Source: a virus
Reading direction: 5' to 3' (one strand)
Virus record (IMG/VR): IMGVR_UViG_3300008261_000042
DNA length: 64,000 nt
Positions 1 to 7,827 of the stretch are shown here, one piece after another. The notes beneath the pieces were generated by a model. That model was not told the origin of the DNA and made no database searches. It saw only the letters and a program-made list of their open reading frames with translations. Position 1 is the stretch's first letter, and every line of letters begins with the position of its first letter. The translations under genes and the position numbers were made by a program.

Positions 1-53
1 GAGGGAGTTTATCACACAGGAACAGTCAAAGCAAATCGTACAGGTGAATTTGA

Positions 54-290
54 ATGAAAAACCACAACGAGCATCCTGAAATTGCTGAGGTGAATTGGAT
101 TGATGATACATTCCGTGTTGAACAATCTCGTTGGAAAACTTGGCGAAGTTATGCGAAAGATGGTAAAGAAATCATCACATCTCTTACTGAAGAACTTTGC
201 ATCTCAGCAACAAGATTCTACCTCAAAGGTAAACAAGAAGGCTTTCAAGAATGTAAAATTTACGAAGGGGTGGTAGGTGGAAAACTCTAG
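54..290 (+). CDS. hypothetical cyanophage protein
   Basis: 78 aa ORF in a tightly packed + strand run. Confidence 0.75.
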   Translation: MKNHNEHPEIAEVNWIDDTFRVEQSRWKTWRSYAKDGKEIITSLTEELCISATRFYLKGKQEGFQECKIYEGVVGGKL

Positions 291-441
291 CTATCCTTAT
301 CATGAACTAGATCCTACTACGCCATGGTATGAATGGTTATGCTACTGTGAAATCTGTCATCAATTAGATGCACCTGGGCAACCAAACTGGAATAGATATA
401 TGCGATATCGTAATTATCTTAAAGAGGTTGGTGTACTATGA
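277..441 (+). CDS. small hypothetical protein (54 aa, CxxC; not in ORF track)
   Basis: GTG start; translates MENSSYPYHELDPTTPWYEWLCYCEICHQL...KEVGVL; fills the gap and its stop overlaps the next ATG. Confidence 0.65.
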   Translation: MENSSYPYHELDPTTPWYEWLCYCEICHQLDAPGQPNWNRYMRYRNYLKEVGVL

Positions 442-626
442 GTAATTACACTTTTGATTACACAAGTAATGACGATCGAATAACAGAATTAGAAGCTCGC
501 ATAGATTATCTTGAACGAGAGAATGTTAGCTTGACCAATGAATTGTATGAGCTACACAATCGAATAGATGCTATCGAGGTTTGTAACGACATCAACACAC
601 TTAGAAACTTTACACTTGAAAAATAA
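438..626 (+). CDS. hypothetical coiled-coil protein
   Basis: GAGG SD upstream; heptad pattern; stop overlaps next start. Confidence 0.7.
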   Translation: MSNYTFDYTSNDDRITELEARIDYLERENVSLTNELYELHNRIDAIEVCNDINTLRNFTLEK

Positions 627-847
627 TGGCACTATCTGAATCAGTTGAAACTAGTTTGAAAGAGGCAGAAGCATCACTTCGTAATGCTTTAGCCTATGCT
701 GCACGTCAAGAACGTCCCCTAGTATGTAAAACTATCTCCACTCTCATTGCTGACATTGATCAGCTGATGAAGTTTGACAATTTGATTGATAAACTTGAAG
801 AGAGGATGGAAGGTGGTAAAGGAAACTGGGGACCATTTAGTTCGTGA
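626..847 (+). CDS. conserved cyanophage hypothetical protein
   Basis: MALSESVETSLKEAEASLRNALAYAARQERP; TAATG coupling. Confidence 0.75.
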   Translation: MALSESVETSLKEAEASLRNALAYAARQERPLVCKTISTLIADIDQLMKFDNLIDKLEERMEGGKGNWGPFSS

Positions 848-937
848 CTATTTGTTACGACATACTTAAGTAAACATTAAGAACTGGCACTATCTGGTTA
901 AATAGTGTTAGGATTTCAACACATTCGGGATCACACG

Positions 938-1099
938 ATGACTCTTCCTCACAAGACAGAACAACTTTCTGAACAAGAGTGGTCAGAAATGACTGCACTC
1001 AAACGTGCAATCAATCTACGTCCACAGTCTGTTGTTCCTGAAAAGATGGAAATGTTTACAGAATATCTTGTTCGTAGTTTGCGAGAGAAGGGTGGGTGA
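938..1099 (+). CDS. hypothetical protein (start revised to ATG 938)
   Basis: TAAATA late-type promoter at 899-904 upstream. Confidence 0.65.
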   Translation: MTLPHKTEQLSEQEWSEMTALKRAINLRPQSVVPEKMEMFTEYLVRSLREKGG

Positions 1100-1153
1100 C
1101 AATTTAAAAACTGGCACAAGGGGGGTTTCGCACCCCCTTTTTTCATGTATATT
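1096..1153 (+). promoter_or_regulatory. early promoter with palindromic box
   Basis: GTGACA-N10-TGGCAC (1096-1117), then TATATT at 1148-1153, 30 nt downstream; a GC hairpin lies between them. Confidence 0.65.
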
Positions 1154-1178
1154 AAGTGGGTCGAGAGGACACCACCCA

Positions 1179-1328
1179 ATGAAAACCACTTACATTTTCC
1201 TTGCATTCATTGCCATCCTCATGTACAATGGTATGCTCGCCAAACGTGATGCTGAATTGTTCAGAGCATATGATAAAGTATGTGCTGAACTATCACAACA
1301 ACACCCTGATTGCAAACACGCAAAATGA
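1179..1328 (+). CDS. small membrane or secreted protein
   Basis: MKTTYIFLAFIAILMYNG hydrophobic N-terminus; ATG follows the promoter. Confidence 0.65.
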   Translation: MKTTYIFLAFIAILMYNGMLAKRDAELFRAYDKVCAELSQQHPDCKHAK

Positions 1329-1471
1329 AAACATTCAATGTAATACTTGAGCACTGGCAGACCAGAAAGCTTAAGTTCATCACAGTTGAAGAATGCAAAG
1401 ATATGGATGATTGTATCAACCATGTCAAGGAAACTGAACCCGACTTTGAAATTATCCAAATCACACCATGA
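1325..1471 (+). CDS. hypothetical protein (48 aa, not in track)
   Basis: ATGA overlaps at both ends; MKTFNVILEHWQTRKLKF... Confidence 0.65.
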   Translation: MKTFNVILEHWQTRKLKFITVEECKDMDDCINHVKETEPDFEIIQITP

Positions 1472-1671
1472 CTGTTATCAAAGATTGCTTCGATGATCCC
1501 ACTGTCACACTGTCAGTGTCAGCTCGGGAAGTTAAATTGATCATGCTTGCAATGAATCGTTTTAACGATGAATTGTATAAAGGTTCATATAAGATGGACG
1601 ATGATACCACACAGCGGTGGGAGTCCATCATGGACTATGTGACAGATGAAGCACTGACACACGGTGCTTGA
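1468..1671 (+). CDS. hypothetical protein
   Basis: 67 aa ORF, translationally coupled. Confidence 0.65.
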   Translation: MTVIKDCFDDPTVTLSVSAREVKLIMLAMNRFNDELYKGSYKMDDDTTQRWESIMDYVTDEALTHGA

Positions 1672-1696
1672 CCTCACCCCCAACCTCCCCTATACT
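1639..1696 (+). promoter_or_regulatory. early sigma70-like promoter with palindromic box
   Basis: GTGACA-N10-TGACAC, then TTGACC-N17-TATACT (1668-1696). Confidence 0.8.
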
Positions 1697-1724
1697 GATT
1701 AAGTCAACCACACAGGACAAAGAC

Positions 1725-2183
1725 ATGGGCACCCGCTCCCGCATCGGCTATGAACTTCCAGACCACACTGTTGTTTCTGTTTACTGCCATTATGATGGTT
1801 ATGTTGAGCACAATGGTCGTGTTCTGGTTGAACATTACACTGACCGTGATGCGGTAAAAGAACTGATCGACGGTGGTAGCATGTCTTCGCTTCACACTAC
1901 TCACCTGTGGGTCACTGCTGCTGTTCGTGACCAGGATGGTCAGATCGTGCGTGACATGGATGGCAACTGGGTGTATTCTCCCACTCGTGATGCTCAGCCT
2001 CTCTATCACACTGAGCGTGGTGAAGAGCTTCAAATTGATCACACTAGCTTCGATGAGTTTGTTTCTGGTAACTGCAGCGAGGAGTATGCTTACCTGTTTG
2101 ACCTAAACGGCAACTGGAAAGCATACAAAATTGGCTGGGGTCCAGTTGAGCGTATCGAACTTCCCAACTACGTTACTGCCTGA
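1725..2183 (+). CDS. conserved phage protein (MGTRSRIG...YCHYDGY family)
   Basis: ATG 1725 after AGGA and the promoter; N-terminal motif typical of a widespread phage early protein. Confidence 0.8.
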   Translation: MGTRSRIGYELPDHTVVSVYCHYDGYVEHNGRVLVEHYTDRDAVKELIDGGSMSSLHTTHLWVTAAVRDQDGQIVRDMDGNWVYSPTRDAQPLYHTERGEELQIDHTSFDEFVSGNCSEEYAYLFDLNGNWKAYKIGWGPVERIELPNYVTA

Positions 2184-2186
2184 ACA

Positions 2187-2411
2187 ATGAACGAAAACGA
2201 CATTACTATTTCTCTCACAGAATCTCAGCACGAACTGTTGAATGAGATTCTATGTCATGCTGTGAGTTCTGTGCAACTCGTGTCACCATATGATGACGGG
2301 ATGTACGATCTGCCACTTGACAACCCGATCATTCAACGCTATACTATGATTGAAAATCTCAGGGAAATGTTCCTTGAGCTTTGGTCCGATCGATTTGAAC
2401 TTTCCCGATGA
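2187..2411 (+). CDS. hypothetical protein
   Basis: 74 aa ORF in operon. Confidence 0.65.
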   Translation: MNENDITISLTESQHELLNEILCHAVSSVQLVSPYDDGMYDLPLDNPIIQRYTMIENLREMFLELWSDRFELSR

Positions 2412-2677
2412 AATTTACTGAACTCGACTTTCAACCTCACCCTAACTGGAATGGTGTTCAAGCAAAACACTTCTTTGATAATGGTTATGGAGTGTCTGTA
2501 ATTAAAGCTTCCGAATCTTACGGTGGTTCTGAAGGACTTTATGAACTTGCGGTTCTTAAAGGTGGTGAAGAAGATTGGAAAATTTGCTATGATACTCCTA
2601 TCACAGATGATGTTATTGGGCATTTGACCCCAGAAGATATTGACACCATTCTTAATCAAGTTGAGGAATTAAAATGA
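2408..2677 (+). CDS. conserved phage hypothetical protein (FDNGYGVSVI...GLYELAVL)
   Basis: recognisable phage motif; ATGA coupling. Confidence 0.75.
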   Translation: MKFTELDFQPHPNWNGVQAKHFFDNGYGVSVIKASESYGGSEGLYELAVLKGGEEDWKICYDTPITDDVIGHLTPEDIDTILNQVEELK

Positions 2678-2865
2678 AAACTACTACTGCTCTTGGTGTT
2701 GTATTTGGAGTTGTTCTCCTTGCAACAGTAGGATTACTTGTCCAAACGTGGTTGCTTGGCATCATTCTACCTTGGTTTGGTGTCTCACTGACATTCTGGC
2801 AAAACTTTGCTATTATTGTTCTTGCTAACATGATTACTTATAGTTCTGGAGGTTCTTCCAAATGA
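2674..2865 (+). CDS. small membrane protein
   Basis: two hydrophobic segments. Confidence 0.7.
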   Translation: MKTTTALGVVFGVVLLATVGLLVQTWLLGIILPWFGVSLTFWQNFAIIVLANMITYSSGGSSK

Positions 2866-3266
2866 AACAAAACGGATATATTGACCCTGTTGCTGTTTTT
2901 GTTATTGGTGGTGTGATTGTGCTTGGTGGTCTCATCTTCATTGGTGGTCCACAATACAATGTGTGGCAACAATCTCTTGCTGGTAAAGCTGAGCTTCAGA
3001 AAGCAGAATACACTCGCCAGGTGGCTGTGCTTGAAGCACAAGCAAAGAAAGATTCTGCATCACAACTTGCTGAAGCAGAGATTATTCGTGCTCAAGGTGT
3101 TGCTAAGGCAAACCAAATCATTGGTGATAGCCTGAAGGACAACCGTGAGTATCTACAGTACCTGTACATCACTGGTATTGAAGATGGTAGCAAGAATGGC
3201 AATGTGACCATTTATGTTCCCACCGAAGGTGGAATGCCCGTCCCTACTCTCCAAATGAACAAATGA
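2862..3266 (+). CDS. membrane-anchored coiled-coil protein (Band 7/SPFH C-terminal-like)
   Basis: N-terminal TM helix; AEAEIIRAQGVAKANQII Ala/Glu coiled coil. Confidence 0.65.
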   Translation: MKQNGYIDPVAVFVIGGVIVLGGLIFIGGPQYNVWQQSLAGKAELQKAEYTRQVAVLEAQAKKDSASQLAEAEIIRAQGVAKANQIIGDSLKDNREYLQYLYITGIEDGSKNGNVTIYVPTEGGMPVPTLQMNK

Positions 3267-3427
3267 TTGAAATTCTGCTTGCATCCTTGATCTCCACTAC
3301 ACCCATGGACAAATCAGAACAGATTAATCGGTTCTGTGCTTATGTGGTTGGTATTCCATATGCTAGCGATAATTTTACTGATGAAGAGTGGCAAAGATTT
3401 GTATATTGTAGAGAACATCTAAAATGA
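3263..3427 (+). CDS. hypothetical protein (54 aa, not in track)
   Basis: MIEILLASLIS...FCAYVVG...YCREHLK; ATGA coupling on both sides. Confidence 0.65.
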   Translation: MIEILLASLISTTPMDKSEQINRFCAYVVGIPYASDNFTDEEWQRFVYCREHLK

Positions 3428-3606
3428 TAACCAAAGATGGATATGCTACGGTTCCCTGGGGGAGCCGTTTTGTTTTGATCTATAATGGCTACCAGCTCAG
3501 CGACCACAAGACGTATGAGCAGGCTGTGGACGCCTTGAAGAAGCATCGTAGCCTCACCAGGCAGCCCAAGACCAAATCAAAGGCTAAGCTGCCCCTGGAT
3601 GATTAA
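3424..3606 (+). CDS. hypothetical protein
   Basis: 60 aa ORF, coupled. Confidence 0.65.
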   Translation: MITKDGYATVPWGSRFVLIYNGYQLSDHKTYEQAVDALKKHRSLTRQPKTKSKAKLPLDD

Positions 3607-3610
3607 CAAA

Positions 3611-3654
3611 TGCCACAGACCACGCTTGCACTCCGCAGCCACCTGTGCTATGAT
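3611..3654 (+). promoter_or_regulatory. early sigma70-like promoter with half box
   Basis: TGCCAC half-site; TTGCAC-N17-TATGAT with extended TG. Confidence 0.65.
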
Positions 3655-3682
3655 ACGGGGGTAGTCAAGGCACAGGAGCCTT

Positions 3683-3883
3683 ATGACCCAACCAGTTTTC
3701 GTAAAGAAGAAACCATTTCCGCAAGGTGCCGCAATGCCATACATGGTACGTGGCATTGTAAACTCAAAACGTGTGGAATTGATCGATCGTCGTACCAATT
3801 TCCGCATTGGCATTTATCCTAATGAGGATTGTGCCTATGAAGCCCGTCGTTTTCAACTCATGCGTGAAGGTTATGAAGTGTGA
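3683..3883 (+). CDS. hypothetical protein
   Basis: AGGAG SD, follows promoter. Confidence 0.7.
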   Translation: MTQPVFVKKKPFPQGAAMPYMVRGIVNSKRVELIDRRTNFRIGIYPNEDCAYEARRFQLMREGYEV

Positions 3884-4016
3884 AGTACAGCTCTACGTTG
3901 CAGGCACCGTATTTTACGAGACAGTCATTGCTCGTAATTATGAAGAAGCAAAACAAACTGCTCTTGCCCGCAATCCTAAAGCTAAAGTCATCGCTGTTAC
4001 TGCTAAGTTTAACTGA
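3873..4016 (+). CDS. small conserved cyanophage protein (MKCEVQLYVAG...ALARNP)
   Basis: start revised to ATG 3873. Confidence 0.7.
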   Translation: MKCEVQLYVAGTVFYETVIARNYEEAKQTALARNPKAKVIAVTAKFN

Positions 4017-4174
4017 TGAATCTAACTGAAGAAGAACTTAACTACATCATGTCTGCTATGCAGCTGATGAGTACAAGACAAGAAGCATTCCTTCAACAAC
4101 AATGCAATTGTGATTCAAGGAAACTCTATGCTAAACTATTTGATCTTAATGAGGTACTTCACGATGCAAACTGA
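4016..4174 (+). CDS. hypothetical protein (52 aa, not in track)
   Basis: TGATG coupling; MNLTEEELNYIMSAMQL... Confidence 0.6.
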   Translation: MNLTEEELNYIMSAMQLMSTRQEAFLQQQCNCDSRKLYAKLFDLNEVLHDAN

Positions 4175-4283
4175 ACACAACCAAGAAGAACAACACATTG
4201 ATGATCTGTTCATGATGGCATTAGAAGAAAAAGCAGCAGAACTTGAAATCACTGTGGATTATTACATGGCTGAATTCATGTAA
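4164..4283 (+). CDS. small acidic protein (EITVDYYxxEF motif)
   Basis: 39 aa, GAGG upstream; MQTEHN...EKAAELEITVDYYMAEFM. Confidence 0.65.
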   Translation: MQTEHNQEEQHIDDLFMMALEEKAAELEITVDYYMAEFM

Positions 4284-4317
4284 TCTAAATACTAGTTGTC
4301 TCTAAAACCATCTTAAC

Positions 4318-4470
4318 ATGGCAGCAAACATCGACCAAGCAAATGCTCTTATTGGTGAACTCAAAGACACCATTAAAGATTTGCAACACCAAAACGAAAA
4401 CCTTCAACATCAAGTTGATACTCTCACTCAAGAACTAGATCTACGTCATGATAAATTCTATGATTGCTGA
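4318..4470 (+). CDS. coiled-coil protein (50 aa, not in track)
   Basis: CTAAATA late-type promoter at 4285-4291; heptad pattern. Confidence 0.6.
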   Translation: MAANIDQANALIGELKDTIKDLQHQNENLQHQVDTLTQELDLRHDKFYDC

Positions 4471-4723
4471 TGTAGTTATTGATTTTGATAATCATTTAAA
4501 ACATGGTAGGGTGTATCTTGTTGAACTACAAGTAGCTTATCAAGATGCACCAGATGATGCACCATCAAGTATTGATATTGATATCTACGTTGTAGCTACT
4601 AGCCATTATATGGCACAATACATTGCCCACACTATGTACCCTGATGTAATGAGTATTCATGTCCACGAAGAACCCATCACAGAATACGGTTATGCTGCCA
4701 GAAGGAACAGAGGTATATTATAA
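4448..4723 (+). CDS. hypothetical protein
   Basis: 91 aa ORF; start may be 4460. Confidence 0.65.
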   Translation: MINSMIADVVIDFDNHLKHGRVYLVELQVAYQDAPDDAPSSIDIDIYVVATSHYMAQYIAHTMYPDVMSIHVHEEPITEYGYAARRNRGIL

Positions 4724-4883
4724 TGGCATGTATGGTATAGTACGTTTCACTTGCGAACACTACATTACTGTATGTGTCCGCAAATTCCCAGATGATCCAC
4801 GCAGAGATGTGTGTATCTTAGTCTATCCTAATCAACAACATCAAATTGAACTTGTTCGAGGTAACCATTCACACGAATCATGA
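4692..4883 (+). CDS. hypothetical protein (SH3-like beta pattern)
   Basis: MLPEGTEVYYNGMYGIVRF. Confidence 0.65.
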   Translation: MLPEGTEVYYNGMYGIVRFTCEHYITVCVRKFPDDPRRDVCILVYPNQQHQIELVRGNHSHES

Positions 4884-5080
4884 CTTACTTTTCTGATTTT
4901 GATACAACTGAATACTACTACAATGATGAAAGCCTGAGGAAATCTATCCTCCAACAAGCTAATGACATTTACCTGGAACCCACTTTGGAAACTGTCCCAG
5001 ACGACCTGTTCGATGAGCTGGATCTACCCTATTATATTGAAGCACACAACAACGCCTGGCTGACCGAGGAAGCTCTCTAA
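4880..5080 (+). CDS. acidic hypothetical protein
   Basis: 66 aa, D/E/Y-rich, coupled. Confidence 0.65.
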   Translation: MTYFSDFDTTEYYYNDESLRKSILQQANDIYLEPTLETVPDDLFDELDLPYYIEAHNNAWLTEEAL

Positions 5081-5253
5081 TGAATAAAGCACATCTTCAG
5101 AATGCAGTCAACAAAATGGATAAAGCTCTTATCTACACAAAAGAAATGACTACTGATCCTGAACATGGTTATGCTTTCTCTTACGGTTATCTCCACGCTC
5201 AAGCTCAAGAGCTTAATGCTATCCTGAAAGCACTCTTGACACTCCCACAATAA
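5080..5253 (+). CDS. hypothetical protein (57 aa, not in track)
   Basis: TAATG coupling; MNKAHLQNAVNKMDKAL...GYAFSYGY. Confidence 0.6.
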   Translation: MNKAHLQNAVNKMDKALIYTKEMTTDPEHGYAFSYGYLHAQAQELNAILKALLTLPQ

Positions 5254-5264
5254 TCTGTTAAACT
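5236..5264 (+). promoter_or_regulatory. sigma70-like promoter
   Basis: TTGACA-N17-TAAACT with extended TG. Confidence 0.65.
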
Positions 5265-5276
5265 GTTACTACACTC

Positions 5277-5519
5277 ATGGAGGATACTATGAACACTGAA
5301 CTGATGTACGTTGTCATCGAAAACAAAGCACTCGCTATTGATTACAATGGCACTCCCGTCGTTTGTAATGTCATTCAACAAGATGATATTGAATACGTTG
5401 ATTGGGATTCTGCTGATCCTATCGACTGGCTTGACCTTAACCCAGATCAATACCAACTATTCAAAGAAACTGTTGATTTCCTCCATACTCATACACAACA
5501 AAACATTTTTGTAAAATGA
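5277..5519 (+). CDS. hypothetical protein
   Basis: GGAGG before ATG 5289, the likely true start. Confidence 0.65.
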   Translation: MEDTMNTELMYVVIENKALAIDYNGTPVVCNVIQQDDIEYVDWDSADPIDWLDLNPDQYQLFKETVDFLHTHTQQNIFVK

Positions 5520-5755
5520 CTAAGTTATCCTCTGTTGTAGTAACTCACGCTAAAGATCTTCTCACTATTACAGAGGATCTTAAAGTAAAACCAAAAGAAA
5601 ATCTCTCCACAAGAGAACATCAACTCTTCTGGCGTTATCATGGTCGATTCCCTCAAGAATTTACTCAAGCAATCATTGATTCCCTCCCACCAGAATATGA
5701 TTTCGTTTCCTACAATCATCTCACTAATACACTGGAGGTCTGTCCTCATGTCTGA
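5516..5755 (+). CDS. hypothetical protein
   Basis: 79 aa, coupled. Confidence 0.65.
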   Translation: MTKLSSVVVTHAKDLLTITEDLKVKPKENLSTREHQLFWRYHGRFPQEFTQAIIDSLPPEYDFVSYNHLTNTLEVCPHV

Positions 5756-5960
5756 TAAAGAATTAAAAGAACAAGAATCTGTATCTGATCAGTCAGATAA
5801 TATTCTATCCTACATGCAAGATAGATTCTATCAACTAGTACAAGATGATCGTATGGAAGATGCTATCGCTATTGGGGATGAATTTATTGAATGGATGAAA
5901 GATGATGAAGATGAAGTCTTCCTTTATTATAATGAACATGAACTAAAAGAATTACTCTAG
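5748..5960 (+). CDS. acidic hypothetical protein
   Basis: GGAGG SD before ATG 5748. Confidence 0.65.
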   Translation: MSDKELKEQESVSDQSDNILSYMQDRFYQLVQDDRMEDAIAIGDEFIEWMKDDEDEVFLYYNEHELKELL

Positions 5961-5967
5961 AGTATAG

Positions 5968-6045
5968 TTTTCCACAGGATACGGAACAATTGTGGAAAAA
6001 CCTGTGGAAAACTACTATATTAATAAATGTTTAAATTAATATAGT
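5968..6045. promoter_or_regulatory. three DnaA-box-like sites plus AT-rich tract
   Basis: TTTTCCACA 5968-5976; TGTGGAAAA 5991-5999 and 6003-6011; AT-rich 6012-6045; intergenic. Confidence 0.55.
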
Positions 6046-6165
6046 TGTGTGTTCTATTCCTAACATATAGTATAGAGTAAAACCGAGTTTAACAGTGGAA
6101 ATGTTCTGAAATGTACGGAGGTGATGTTGTCTTAGCACGCCTGCTACCGAAAGTCAAGCCAGTGT

Positions 6166-6279
6166 ATGCCAGTTCTCAAAGTGGCACAGAGACCCTTGAC
6201 AACTCGATGTCAACCACTCTTGTGCCAGTTCATTGAGTGTCACAGTGGGCTTGACAACCCCTAGGATCTCGGATATACT
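6166..6279 (+). promoter_or_regulatory. tandem palindromic boxes with sigma70 promoter
   Basis: ATGCCA-N10-TGGCAC plus TTGACA (6196); GTGCCA-N10-TGTCAC plus TTGACA-N17-TATACT (6251-6279). Confidence 0.8.
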
Positions 6280-6408
6280 AGGGTCATGGAAATCAAGGAA
6301 TTCCAAGATTTCCGAAAATCTCAAAAATCGAAAAAGTCTAAAAAGTCAAATTTTAAGATTTTAAGATTTTTGAGAAACTTAACATTTAACCTTTAACCAT
6401 TAACAAAC

Positions 6409-6651
6409 ATGATTAACATTACTAACATTGATTCTAATGCAATTGCAACTATCAATGTAAATGAAAAAACCAGTACTGTAGGTATTACCTATGTTAGTAG
6501 TGGTAAAGAGTATAACTATGCTCTTAATGGTATTACTGTACAGGACTTTGTTAGTTCTGTGAACAATGTTATTGAAAACAACCAAAGTGTGGGTCGTTTC
6601 GTTAACAAAGCGATCCGAGAGGACCAGACGCTGCAGATTATGGCAGTTTGA
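6409..6651 (+). CDS. KTSC-like small protein
   Basis: SNAIATI...V.ITY.SSGKEYNY...SVGRFVNKAIR resembles the KTSC pattern. Confidence 0.55.
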   Translation: MINITNIDSNAIATINVNEKTSTVGITYVSSGKEYNYALNGITVQDFVSSVNNVIENNQSVGRFVNKAIREDQTLQIMAV

Positions 6652-6701
6652 GTCCTAAATATTACGAAACTGTAACAAAAAGGAACAGAAACTAGACAAA
6701 A

Positions 6702-6866
6702 ATGGCAAAATCAACTCGTAAATACACAGAATCTTTTAAAGATCTGAACCTTGAAGATGACTTCGAGAACTTCGGTTATGAAGTTCAGAATCAGAAACGT
6801 TATTCAACTAGGAATAAACGTCAGACCAAATTCAAGGATTACGATGATCATGTAGACTGGGATTGA
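6702..6866 (+). CDS. hypothetical protein (54 aa, not in track)
   Basis: CTAAATA at 6655-6661 upstream and terminator downstream; MAKSTRKYTESFKD... Confidence 0.65.
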   Translation: MAKSTRKYTESFKDLNLEDDFENFGYEVQNQKRYSTRNKRQTKFKDYDDHVDWD

Positions 6867-6874
6867 ATAACATT

Positions 6875-6897
6875 AGGGGCAGCAATGCCCCTTTTTT
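6875..6897 (+). terminator. rho-independent terminator
   Basis: GGGGCA-GCAA-TGCCCC followed by T-run. Confidence 0.8.
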
Positions 6898-6943
6898 ATT
6901 CACTTTCGATTGTATATTATCTGGTGTCTGGTGGGATGACACC

Positions 6944-7001
6944 TAGCCAGTTCCAGAAGTGGCACACAGAGGCTTCCAGGTGGGTCTGGTGGCTGTATTG
7001 T
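6944..7001 (+). promoter_or_regulatory. early promoter with palindromic box
   Basis: TAGCCA-N10-TGGCAC; TATTGT 30 nt downstream. Confidence 0.6.
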
Positions 7002-7026
7002 TGATGAGTCAACCACAGACACCACG

Positions 7027-7191
7027 ATGAAATTCTTCTTCAGCTTCAAGGCTTTCTACTTTGCACTGAACTTCAAGAATCGTCACCATATGGAGGAGGC
7101 ATTTGGTCTTGCCTTTGGTGATTATTACACTGGCTATTACTATGGTGATGGCTGGTGTGCTGGTAAGCTTGACGCCAACGGCTGCCTGTGA
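7027..7191 (+). CDS. aromatic-rich small protein (54 aa, not in track)
   Basis: MKFFFSFKAFYFALNFK...GDYYTGYYYGDGWCAG; lies between two promoters. Confidence 0.6.
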   Translation: MKFFFSFKAFYFALNFKNRHHMEEAFGLAFGDYYTGYYYGDGWCAGKLDANGCL

Positions 7192-7245
7192 CACCTGACA
7201 AGCTGGCACATGAGGGATAGACACCCTCCCGTCAGCTGCTATACT
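7188..7245 (+). promoter_or_regulatory. early promoter with palindromic box
   Basis: GTGACA-N10-TGGCAC; TAGACA-N16-TATACT. Confidence 0.75.
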
Positions 7246-7269
7246 AACAGAGTCAACCAAAGACACATC

Positions 7270-7443
7270 ATGCAGAACTATTTCAACACCAGGATAGTTG
7301 AACGCCACCAGGATCACATTGATCTGAACAATAGCATGGCTGAGTTCTCCAATTTCATGCTATCAATGGAATCACTGCTGACTGAATCTGACAAGGTATG
7401 GTGGGCAGACCAGAAGAAGTTCTTTATTTGTTACGACGTATGA
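7270..7443 (+). CDS. hypothetical protein
   Basis: start revised to ATG 7270, downstream of the promoter. Confidence 0.6.
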   Translation: MQNYFNTRIVERHQDHIDLNNSMAEFSNFMLSMESLLTESDKVWWADQKKFFICYDV

Positions 7444-7568
7444 CAGTTGACACGCTTGGGTTCGGTGGCGATGCCGTCACCATGTTAGGATTCGTGGGGG
7501 TGACAGCCACCCTCTTTATCCTTTTTACAATTTTTAGAAGTTATGCAAATTCACCAATTCGCAAATAA
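7440..7568 (+). CDS. single-TM small protein (42 aa, not in track)
   Basis: MTVDTLGFGGDAVTMLGFVGVTATLFILFTIFRSYANSPIRK; ATGA coupling. Confidence 0.6.
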   Translation: MTVDTLGFGGDAVTMLGFVGVTATLFILFTIFRSYANSPIRK

Positions 7569-7583
7569 CTGAAAATTGTAAAA

Positions 7584-7673
7584 ATCTAAAAAAGTCAAAA
7601 AGTTAAAAATTTAAAAAACTTAATTTTTTGACTTTTTTAGATAATTAGATAAAGTTAATCTTTAAAGATTAAC
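7584..7673. repeat. inverted repeats
   Basis: 18-bp perfect IR (7584-7601/7625-7642) and 20-bp palindrome GTTAATCTTTAAAGATTAAC (7654-7673). Confidence 0.85.
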
Positions 7674-7701
7674 ATTTAACCATTAACCATTAACATTCTT
7701 T

Positions 7702-7827
7702 ATGGAAAACAACTTATTTCTTGAATATGTAAATCAAGAACTACAATACTATAAAGAATACATTGAAGACTATGAATACGATGATTATAGTATAGGAGAG
7801 AGTCTAGAATATACTATAGCTGAATAG
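7702..7827 (+). CDS. very acidic, Tyr-rich small protein (41 aa, not in track)
   Basis: MENNLFLEYVNQELQYYKEYIEDYEYDDYSIGESLEYTIAE. Confidence 0.5.
   Translation: MENNLFLEYVNQELQYYKEYIEDYEYDDYSIGESLEYTIAE

Noticed and set aside
869-890. Additional early box at TGGCAC 885-890
   Set aside because: Left half-site is absent and a TAAATA late-type element follows instead of a -10 at 30 nt
1096-1117. Early palindrome as a CRP or NtcA site
   Set aside because: Half-sites and spacing differ from TGTGA-N6-TCACA and GTA-N8-TAC
7444-7520. GC-richer stretch as a tRNA or ncRNA
   Set aside because: No cloverleaf or T-loop consensus; explained by the 42-aa membrane ORF
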